Source: Cyanobacteria bacterium P01_H01_bin.35
GTDB taxonomy: Bacteria; Cyanobacteriota; Cyanobacteriia; Cyanobacteriales; Microcoleaceae
Assembly (NCBI GenBank): GCA_038747755.1
Contig: JBCDJM010000029.1
Coordinates: 1-42,220, forward strand
Direction of reading: 5' to 3'
DNA: 42,220 nucleotides
Both the position numbers and the translations under genes were made by a program. Below, in pieces: positions 9,137 through 16,874 of the stretch (position 1 is its first letter; each line of letters starts with the position of its first letter). The notes under the pieces were generated by a model. That model did no database searches and was not told where the DNA came from. It saw nothing but the letters and a program-made list of their open reading frames with translations.

Positions 9137-9988
9137 CTATTTTCCATTTTTAAGTGTTACTCCGCCAAATTTATCAAAGGGAACTTTTTTTCCATCTATC
9201 CAGGTGAATCCTTTAAGTTTACGACTAGCCTTAGCTGATAACTTGAAAACCTCTATCGTTGATTTATTAACTACAATTAATTTTGTTCTCACAGAAGAAT
9301 CCACAATTGCTGCAAAGTGACAGATAAAGAGAATCATTCCCCACCAAGAAAAACTGATTCTATGCCAACCAATATTTTTTTTCACCTTTTCTTGTTGAAT
9401 AGAATTAAGTTTAGGATAAACCCCTGTACAATTGTCTGCGTTCTGAATCATGTCAATTAATTGTCTAACACCATTTTTAATTCTTTTAATATTAATACTA
9501 TGATGTTTTTCTAAGCAAATTGAAAAAGAACCTTCTATCTCTTCTTTTAAAACTGCTACAAATAAATCATAAGCAGAATTAAATGGATATGGTTTCAGAA
9601 AAATACTATTTGGGAAAAACTTATGAACTTGAGAACTTATTTTTTTGTTAGATAAAAAGTTACCAAATACAGAATGTAATTGCTTAAGATATTTTTCCAC
9701 TAATTGAATAAGTTCCCATTGAGCTTTGTATAACTCTACATTCAACACAATTAAATCATATTTGTGTTTACTAACATCTGGTTTTTTAAAAGCTTCAGGC
9801 ACAGGATATACTTGATTATATATAAACTTGTAACGCCAACATTCAACTAAATAAACTTGAATAGTTCTTGCTTTTTGCCATTCCTCTTTTTGCTCTTCAG
9901 TCCAACATTTTACCAACAAACTTTCACTAGGCAAACTTTCCATAACTTGAGCAATTTTTTCCAACACTTCTCTTTCTGATTGACTCAT
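9137..9988 (-). CDS. Hypothetical protein, AT-rich orphan with one C-proximal hydrophobic helix
   Basis: 283-aa uninterrupted ORF in very AT-rich DNA between thiC and hemC. It has one hydrophobic segment (ISFSWWGMILFICHFAAIV). I recognise no catalytic or family motif. Confidence 0.45.
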   Translation of the reverse strand: MSQSEREVLEKIAQVMESLPSESLLVKCWTEEQKEEWQKARTIQVYLVECWRYKFIYNQVYPVPEAFKKPDVSKHKYDLIVLNVELYKAQWELIQLVEKYLKQLHSVFGNFLSNKKISSQVHKFFPNSIFLKPYPFNSAYDLFVAVLKEEIEGSFSICLEKHHSINIKRIKNGVRQLIDMIQNADNCTGVYPKLNSIQQEKVKKNIGWHRISFSWWGMILFICHFAAIVDSSVRTKLIVVNKSTIEVFKLSAKASRKLKGFTWIDGKKVPFDKFGGVTLKNGK

Positions 9989-10298
9989 TTTCTAATACCA
10001 ATTCACTGTAAATATCTGACAAATAATTCCACACTTAATTGTATGAAAGAATCTTCTAAAATTCCGAGCTGTTTTTTTTACTAATGAGTATAGGGTGAGT
10101 TTAGTAGACTAAATTGTGCTTATATCAAGTCTTTCGATTAAACTCGCCCCTAAAATTTTTTCAACATTTAATTAGATCTACTATCTTTTGACTGTGAAAT
10201 TTCGACTTCTGACTTATGACTTCTAACTTCAAAAATTTAGGCCCCAATTTACGGTAGTCTAGAAAGAATGACCAAATTTATTAATTTCAATAGAAAAA

Positions 10299-11261
10299 AT
10301 GACAGTATCTGCCTCTACTCGTACCGTTCGGATCGGTTCCCGCAAAAGCCAACTCGCCTTAGTTCAAACCTATTGGGTGCAAGAAGAACTCCAGAAAAAT
10401 TTCCCAGACATTACATTTGAAGTCGAAACTATGTCTACCCAAGGGGACAAAATTCTAGATGTGCCCCTAGCAAAAATTGGGGATAAAGGACTTTTCACGA
10501 AAGAACTAGAAGTGGGAATGCTTGAAAAGAAAACTGACTTGGCAGTTCATTCTCTCAAAGACTTACCAACTAACTTACCAGAAGGTTTGATGTTGGGTTG
10601 CGTCACCGAACGGGAAAACCCGGCAGATGCTTTGGTAGTCCATGAAAAGTTCAAGGATAAAAAACTTGAGACTTTGCCAGAAGGTACTGTTATTGGTACG
10701 TCTTCCCTGAGACGTTTGGCACAACTCCGCCACCACTTCCCCCATTTGGAATTTAAAGATGTTCGTGGTAATCTAAATACTAGACTGGCAAAATTGGATG
10801 CTGGAGAGTATGATGCGATTATTTTAGCTTTTGCTGGTTTGCATAGATTAGGAATGGGCGATCGCATTCATCAAGTTATACCACCAGAAATTTCTCTTCA
10901 TGCAGTCGGACAAGGTGCTTTAGGAATAGAATGTCGTGACGGAGATAGTGATATTCTAGATTTATTGAAGAGTCTAGAACATACTGCTACTGCTCAGAGA
11001 TGTTATGCGGAACGTGCTTTTTTGAGAGAATTAGAAGGGGGTTGTCAAGTTCCCATTGGTGTTAATACACAAATAGAAGGGGAACGACTGACTTTAACTG
11101 GTTTAGTTGCTAGTTTAGATGGGAAAAAATTAGTTAAGGATGTTGTCACTGGTACTCTTGCTTATGCAGAAAATATAGGTATTGAACTAGCAATAAAATT
11201 GAGACAACAGGGTGCCCAAGAAATTTTAGATGCAATTTTGGCAGAAATTGACCGTAGTTAA
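10299..11261 (+). CDS. hemC: Hydroxymethylbilane synthase (porphobilinogen deaminase)
   Basis: [14 protein letters not shown]..., [33 protein letters not shown] and the cofactor-Cys block [10 protein letters not shown] are all HemC hallmarks. Length is 320 aa. Confidence 0.95.
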   Translation: MTVSASTRTVRIGSRKSQLALVQTYWVQEELQKNFPDITFEVETMSTQGDKILDVPLAKIGDKGLFTKELEVGMLEKKTDLAVHSLKDLPTNLPEGLMLGCVTERENPADALVVHEKFKDKKLETLPEGTVIGTSSLRRLAQLRHHFPHLEFKDVRGNLNTRLAKLDAGEYDAIILAFAGLHRLGMGDRIHQVIPPEISLHAVGQGALGIECRDGDSDILDLLKSLEHTATAQRCYAERAFLRELEGGCQVPIGVNTQIEGERLTLTGLVASLDGKKLVKDVVTGTLAYAENIGIELAIKLRQQGAQEILDAILAEIDRS

Positions 11262-11297
11262 TTTTTCAGTGATCGGTTAACAGTTATTAGTTATTAA

Positions 11298-11414
11298 GCG
11301 TAGGGTGGGTTTCGGCTGTCGCCGACATGTTTGCGGAGCATTCCGTCAGGAAAAAGGAGACAATAATTATGAATTGAAACCAAAATCTTAACTTTCCGCC
11401 GTAACCCACCGAAC
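11298..11414. repeat. MITE-like hairpin element between hemC and the ATPase gene
   Basis: The termini gcgtagggtgggtttcggc (11298-11316) and gccgtaacccaccgaac (11398-11414) are imperfect inverted repeats. The internal gtttgcggagcattccgtcagga recurs at 22649-22672. Confidence 0.55.
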
Positions 11415-11481
11415 ATTTTTTGTACTAGGTCTAAAAGTTAGAATAAAGAAGTAAAGCCGATGTCTTTAGGACTCAGTTAAT

Positions 11482-12648
11482 ATGAGAATTAAACAAATTT
11501 CTGTTAATGGCTTATTTGGAATTTTTGACCATGTAATTCCCTTGAAAAGGGATGAGAGAATTACTGTTATTCATAGTCTAAATGGTTTTGGAAAAACAGC
11601 AATCTTGAGAATTTTGAATGGCTTTTTTAATTCTGAATACTCACAGTTTAAAAAGATCCCATTTAAAAACTTTAAAGTTGAATTAGATAATGATCAAATT
11701 ATAGATTTTAAATACTCACAAAAGGCAGGAAATATTGACATATCATATAATATCTTAACATCAGACAAACTTTTCTCTATCACAATCCCAATGGTTGTTT
11801 CAAACCAAGAACCTGAATGGTTGAAAAAGTTGCAAAATTCTATTCGTATTCGTTTAATTGAATCACAACGCTTAAATTTTTTTCCTAATCTTTCTTCTAC
11901 AGGATACCCTAGAAATGCTTCAATGCAGTCTACTGTTTCAGCCTACTCTAATGCACTTGCTAAACTTATGCAGGATAAAATTAAGGAATATGGGACAACA
12001 TCTCAATCTCTTGATAGAACATTTCCATTAAGAGTCGTCAAACGGCAGCCATTAGCAGATGTAACAAATGAACAACTACGTCAACAATTAGATAAGGTTG
12101 AATCAACTCGTTCTAGCCTTATAGAAATAGGGTTTTTAGATAAAGATGAAGGCTCAGAATCTCAAATTCAGCCCCAAGATATAGATGAAAGTGATGAAAG
12201 CACGAAAAAAGCTTTATCACTATATATTAAGGATGTAGAGCAAAAGCTAAATGTATTTGCCAAAACCGCAAAAAGAATCCATCTGCTCAGGAAAATTATA
12301 AATAAAAAATTTGCTTCTTCTTACAAGGAAATAAATTTTAGTAAAGAAAAGGGATTTGTATTCACAACACTCCATAAACAAAAAATTTCGCCTAGGGATC
12401 TTTCATCCGGCGAACAGCATGAATTAGTTCTCTTATTTGGATTGCTATTTAAAGCTAAACCTAACTCATTAGTTTTAATTGATGAGCCTGAACTTTCTCT
12501 TCATGTAGCATGGCAGGTTGAATTTTTAAAAGATTTAAAGGAAATAACAGAACTTGCAGATTTAGATATTTTGATGGCTACTCACTCGCCCGATATTATT
12601 CAGGAACGTTGGGATTTAACAGTTGAATTGAAGGGACTAGATAAGTGA
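11482..12648 (+). CDS. ABC/SMC-type ATPase (AAA_15/AAA_21-like), PARIS AriA-like
   Basis: Walker A is SLNGFGKTAIL and a Q-loop-like ESQR is present. A ~200-aa helical insert follows. The ABC signature is LSSGEQHEL, Walker B is LVLIDEPELSLH, and the H-loop is MATHSPD. The stop overlaps the next gene start (GTGA at 12645-12648). Confidence 0.7.
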   Translation: MRIKQISVNGLFGIFDHVIPLKRDERITVIHSLNGFGKTAILRILNGFFNSEYSQFKKIPFKNFKVELDNDQIIDFKYSQKAGNIDISYNILTSDKLFSITIPMVVSNQEPEWLKKLQNSIRIRLIESQRLNFFPNLSSTGYPRNASMQSTVSAYSNALAKLMQDKIKEYGTTSQSLDRTFPLRVVKRQPLADVTNEQLRQQLDKVESTRSSLIEIGFLDKDEGSESQIQPQDIDESDESTKKALSLYIKDVEQKLNVFAKTAKRIHLLRKIINKKFASSYKEINFSKEKGFVFTTLHKQKISPRDLSSGEQHELVLLFGLLFKAKPNSLVLIDEPELSLHVAWQVEFLKDLKEITELADLDILMATHSPDIIQERWDLTVELKGLDK

Positions 12649-13538
12649 AAAACTTCAGAGATTTGCGTTCACTTGATGCTGATGCTATTAAAGTTCGTTT
12701 ACTGCGAGATGTCTACAAAAGTCAAACACTTTTATTAGTAGAAGGTAGTTCAGACAAAACTTTTTATCAACGTTTTGTGGAAGAATCAAAATGCGAGTTA
12801 GTTATTATTTCAGGAAATCCTTCTAGTAAAGAACGTGTTATTTCTGTTCTCAAAATATTAGAAAAATCAAACTTTCAGGGTATTGTGGCAATTGTTGATG
12901 CTGACTTCGATCGCCTCACTCCTCCAACAGATCAAAAAAGTGCCAACTTACTTTACACTGACAGCCACGATCTGGAGACAATGCTCATTAATTCTCCTGC
13001 TTTCGATAAGGTAATTTCTGAGTTTGGTTCCGAAGAGAAAATATCTCAATTTAAGAAAGATATAAAGCCAGATATCAGGTTAGTAATACTTGAAAGTGCT
13101 GTGCCCATAGGTTACTTGCGTTGGATATCTCTTGACGATAGACTAGATTTAACTTTCGAGAACATTACATTTAGCAAATTTATTGATGAAAAGACTTTGA
13201 GGATAAATAAGCTCAAATTTATTGGTGAAGTCAAGAAAAAATCTCAAGCTTTTTCATTAAAAGAGGAAGATTTGCAACAGCAATTTATCGACAAAAAAAA
13301 TGGCGATCGCGATCCTTGGCAAATTTGTTGTGGCCACGATCTAGTAGAAATTTTATCCCTTGGTTTACGAAAAACTATTGGCTCTAACAAAGCTACTGAT
13401 GTTGAAGCTATTAGTCTTGAGCGTAACTTGCGTCTTGCCTATGAAGCAGTTTACTTTCAGGGAACACAACTCTACTCCCATATTCGCACATGGGAAAACA
13501 ATAATAAACCGTTCAAACTTTTGCCGAGTGAGACTTGA
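12645..13538 (+). CDS. DUF4435/TOPRIM-like protein, PARIS AriB-like effector
   Basis: LLLVEGSSDKTFYQRF (TOPRIM Glu) and IVAIVDADFDRL (DxD) form the pattern I recall for DUF4435. The GTG start overlaps the ATPase stop, indicating translational coupling. Confidence 0.65.
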   Translation: MKNFRDLRSLDADAIKVRLLRDVYKSQTLLLVEGSSDKTFYQRFVEESKCELVIISGNPSSKERVISVLKILEKSNFQGIVAIVDADFDRLTPPTDQKSANLLYTDSHDLETMLINSPAFDKVISEFGSEEKISQFKKDIKPDIRLVILESAVPIGYLRWISLDDRLDLTFENITFSKFIDEKTLRINKLKFIGEVKKKSQAFSLKEEDLQQQFIDKKNGDRDPWQICCGHDLVEILSLGLRKTIGSNKATDVEAISLERNLRLAYEAVYFQGTQLYSHIRTWENNNKPFKLLPSET

Positions 13539-13659
13539 TATAGCGTGATGCAGATAGGAAAGCTGTCAGATTAGCAACGTACAGAATTTTTTGAATTTTG
13601 ATTTTTGACTTTTGGATATTAACATAGTATTGACAAAACTAAAAAATTCAATATTATAA

Positions 13660-13679
13660 TAGAATGAATATTCAATCTA
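13660..13679. promoter_or_regulatory. Candidate TetR operator (near-palindrome) overlapping the tetR start codon
   Basis: tagaatgaatattcaatcta is the same 20-mer as 14254-14273 with one mismatch. The ATG of the TetR ORF (13664) lies inside it. Confidence 0.6.
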
Positions 13680-14239
13680 AAGACAAAAAGCAGCGCATTT
13701 TGGATGCCACGATGGAGCTGATCGCTGAGAACGGCCTCCATGCTACTCCTATGTCTCAGATTAGCAAACGTTCTCAAGTGTCTGCTGGGGCTATATACAA
13801 TTACTTTTCCAGCAAAGAAGCCCTGATTAATCATCTGTATCTCAATGTAAAAAAAGAGATATTTGATTTGGCTTTTCGTGGTTATGACATCCAGAATCCC
13901 TATAAAGAGAGGTTTCTCCTAATATGGCGAAATGTCTTTAACTACCTCATATTAAAACCAATGCAGCTATCATTCTTTGAGCAATGTTCTACTTCTCCCC
14001 TTATATCTGACGAGGCTAGAGAGATAGGCAACAAATACTTGGCTCCTTTAGCTGGATTTGTTACAGAAGGGATTGAGTCTGGTTATCTCAAGAAAATGGA
14101 TATTCAGCTTATTCTTTCTCTTATATATGGGACAGTAGTTAGTGTAGCCAAGCTCCAGTTGTCAGGAAGACTAGAAATTACTGACGAACAAAGGGAGATA
14201 GCAGCCCAATTTTGTTGGGATGGATTGAAAGCTGAATAA
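13664..14239 (+). CDS. TetR/AcrR family transcriptional regulator
   Basis: The N-terminal HTH KKQRILDATMELIAENGLHATPMSQISKRSQVSAGAIYNYFSSKEALI is canonical for TetR_N. Length is 191 aa. Confidence 0.9.
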   Translation: MNIQSKDKKQRILDATMELIAENGLHATPMSQISKRSQVSAGAIYNYFSSKEALINHLYLNVKKEIFDLAFRGYDIQNPYKERFLLIWRNVFNYLILKPMQLSFFEQCSTSPLISDEAREIGNKYLAPLAGFVTEGIESGYLKKMDIQLILSLIYGTVVSVAKLQLSGRLEITDEQREIAAQFCWDGLKAE

Positions 14240-14253
14240 TTTTTTTTTTCTGC

Positions 14254-14273
14254 TAGAATGAATATTCATTCTA
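14254..14273. promoter_or_regulatory. Candidate TetR operator, perfect 20-bp palindrome upstream of the SDR gene
   Basis: tagaatgaat|attcattcta is perfectly self-complementary. It lies 26 nt upstream of ATG 14299. Confidence 0.6.
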
Positions 14274-14298
14274 AAAATTTTATTTTGAGGAAACAAAA

Positions 14299-15123
14299 AT
14301 GGGCCAGAAAACAGTTCTCATCACTGGAGCATCATCAGGAATTGGTAAAGAAACTGCCAAAAAGTTAATTGCAGAAGGCTACACCGTTTATACAGCAGCT
14401 AGACGTGTCGAAAAAATGGAAGATATCAGGACATTGGGGGGTATTCCCATCAAGATGGATATCACGAAAGACAATGAAGTAGTCGCGACAGTTGAGCAAA
14501 TTGAGCAGAGCCATGGTGGCGTCGATATTCTCATTAATAATGCTGGTTTTGGCAATTACGGCTCTGTAGAAGAGACTACCATAAATGATGCGCGTTATCA
14601 GTTTGAGGTCAATTTATTCGGATTAGCTCGTCTAACTCAGTTGGTGCTGCCTTATATGCGCGAGCAGAAAGCAGGCAAGATCGTTAATATTTCTTCCATA
14701 GCAGGCCAACTATATGTCCCATTGGGTGCATGGTATATAGGGAGTAAACACGCCCTCGAAGGTTGGAGTGATTGTTTACGCTTTGAAACGAAGGCTTTCA
14801 ATATTGATATCATTATTATTGAGCCGGGAATTATTGCAACGGAGTTTGGTGATGTCTATGTCGAACCAATGCTCAAGCGCTCTGGTGATGGGCCATACAG
14901 GGAGCTAGCTAATTTGCTCGCCAAATTCTCCAGCAATTCAAAGACAAATCCTAATGATATGTCACCTCCCTCAGTAATAGCAAATACAATTTCTAAAGCA
15001 ATTAAGGCTCGTCATCCCAAAACGCGCTATGTGGCTGGAAAGTTAGCAAAACCTCTACTTTTAGTTCGGAAATGGGGAGGCGATCGCTTTTATGATTGGG
15101 TCTTGGGAAAAATAATTAGTTAA
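14299..15123 (+). CDS. Short-chain dehydrogenase/reductase (classical SDR)
   Basis: TGASSGIGKETAKKL (TGxxxGxG), NNAG, and the catalytic S...YIGSKHAL (YxxxK). Length is 274 aa. Confidence 0.9.
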   Translation: MGQKTVLITGASSGIGKETAKKLIAEGYTVYTAARRVEKMEDIRTLGGIPIKMDITKDNEVVATVEQIEQSHGGVDILINNAGFGNYGSVEETTINDARYQFEVNLFGLARLTQLVLPYMREQKAGKIVNISSIAGQLYVPLGAWYIGSKHALEGWSDCLRFETKAFNIDIIIIEPGIIATEFGDVYVEPMLKRSGDGPYRELANLLAKFSSNSKTNPNDMSPPSVIANTISKAIKARHPKTRYVAGKLAKPLLLVRKWGGDRFYDWVLGKIIS

Positions 15124-15142
15124 TTATGACAAATATAGGACT

Positions 15143-15286
15143 TATATCATGTCCGGATGAACAGTTATAAATAAATTAAGGAGGAGACAGGAGACAGGAG
15201 ACAGGAGTCAGCAGGAAGAGAAGAAATAAGCAGTATATCAGGAGTAGAAGGTTTTTTTATCACTAATTAAACGGACATGATATTAC
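15143..15286 (+). repeat. MITE-like repeat family A, full copy with terminal inverted repeats
   Basis: The left end is tatatcatgtccggatgaacag and the right end is aaacggacatgatatta. Internally there is GGAGACA x3 plus ggagtcag. It is the reverse complement of 40436-40586. Confidence 0.8.
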
Positions 15287-15395
15287 ACAGTATAAAAAAA
15301 TGTTCCATCTTCAGCTATTACCAAATCTTTCTAGATATCCCCATCTCCCCACACTCTTTATCTAATTACACCAATACTAGCGGATTTGATATTAC

Positions 15396-16863
15396 TCCTT
15401 TCCCTTATCAAAAAATTAAAGTTACTAAATCCCTGGTTTTATGAACAAGGTTTGGAACTTTGTCTTGTCACGTGCAAGATGTGAGTATACCGTTCTACTA
15501 AACTTACCCAAACTTACCCATGAATGATTGCACGAGCTTTGGAGTTAGCTTCCTGTTTCACAGAAGATCACTGACCGCAGTCTGTAACTTATCTTCTCCA
15601 CAGGCTTCAAATCGCTTGGAACTCAAGCTACTTATTCACATAGTTTTCTAAGTTGACAGCAGCATTAAAATCTCTGTCAGCAGTGAAACCACATTCACTA
15701 CATTTATAAGTTCTCACATTCAACGGCATTTTCTGTTGATGCCCACAGTTTGAACATATTTGAGAACTTGGATAAAATCTATCAGCTATGACTAATTCAC
15801 TGCCGTACCACTCACACTTGTATGTCAGTTGACGCTTAAATTCATAAAAACCACAATCTGCTATAGCACTTGCCAATTTATGGTTTTTGAGCATTCCACT
15901 TACGTTCAAATCTTCTATAACTATGGTGCTGTGGTTTTTAGCTAACCATGTTGTGAGTTGATGAAGTGTGTCTGCTCTGATATCTGCTACTTTTTTATGA
16001 AGTATGGCCAGTCTTTTTACGGCTTTAGCTCTGTTTTTTGAGCCTGGCTCTTTTTTGTTGACACGGCGTTGATAGCTCCTTAGTCGTTTTTTAGCTTGCT
16101 GATAGGCTTTACGGTTGGCAAAGGGTGTGCCATCGCTACAAGTTGCCAGAGTATTTATGCCTACATCTACACCGATAACATCTCGTTTGCTTGGTGCGCT
16201 ACCAAGTGCGACTGTCGTCGTCGCGGGGTCGCATCCGCGTTTGGCAGTATGGGTTGGTTCATCATCATATTTAAAGCTAATGTACCAATTATTTGCACGT
16301 TTAGATATTCTCACATTTTTGACTGGTACAGATGGTAATATTTCATAAGTTTTTACTATTCCTATTCTGGGTAATTTGATATAATTTCCTTGCATAATCT
16401 TAATACTGCCTTCTAAATAGAAACTATCTTTTCTACCCTTTTTCTTAAACTTAGGAAAACCACGTCCCCGAATAGTTAAAAAGTTTTTAAACGCCCTTTC
16501 TAAATCTCTTAATGCTTGTTGTGGGGCACACTTTGATACTTCATAGTACCAAGGATTAATTGTTTTAACTTCAGCTACTAAACGTTTATGCAAAGTAATT
16601 GCACTAGGGCGTTTTTTTGTTGATTCATATTCACAAATACAAGTAGCTAATCCCCAGTTATAAGCATGACGGGCTACACCTGCGTGCTTGGCAAGTAATG
16701 TTTTTTGTTTGTTGTTAAGTTTTAACTTAGTCTTTATTGATTGCACAATGGGTACTATACCTCCAATAAATCTATGACATTGATTCTATTATATGACAGA
16801 TGCTGTCTAGTTATGTACAATCTTGTCCAATTATTTGACTTCAGTAGTTAGCCCCATATTAAA
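15396..16863 (-). mobile_element. TnpB-only IS200/IS605-family (IS1341-like) element, approximate boundaries
   Basis: It contains tnpB only, with no tnpA. It is bracketed by an identical direct 15-mer cggatttgatattac (15381-15395 and 16864-16878). There are ~117 nt upstream and ~232 nt downstream of tnpB, sizes compatible with LE and with an RE/omega-RNA region. Confidence 0.55.
15628..16746 (-). CDS. tnpB: TnpB (OrfB) RNA-guided endonuclease-type transposase accessory protein
   Basis: 372 aa with a GTG start. RuvC-I is IGVDVGINTLA, RuvC-II is IVIEDLNVSGM, the zinc ribbon is CSNCGH...YKCSECG, and RuvC-III is ADRDFNAAVNL. Confidence 0.9.
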   Translation of the reverse strand: MQSIKTKLKLNNKQKTLLAKHAGVARHAYNWGLATCICEYESTKKRPSAITLHKRLVAEVKTINPWYYEVSKCAPQQALRDLERAFKNFLTIRGRGFPKFKKKGRKDSFYLEGSIKIMQGNYIKLPRIGIVKTYEILPSVPVKNVRISKRANNWYISFKYDDEPTHTAKRGCDPATTTVALGSAPSKRDVIGVDVGINTLATCSDGTPFANRKAYQQAKKRLRSYQRRVNKKEPGSKNRAKAVKRLAILHKKVADIRADTLHQLTTWLAKNHSTIVIEDLNVSGMLKNHKLASAIADCGFYEFKRQLTYKCEWYGSELVIADRFYPSSQICSNCGHQQKMPLNVRTYKCSECGFTADRDFNAAVNLENYVNK

Positions 16864-16874
16864 CGGATTTGATA

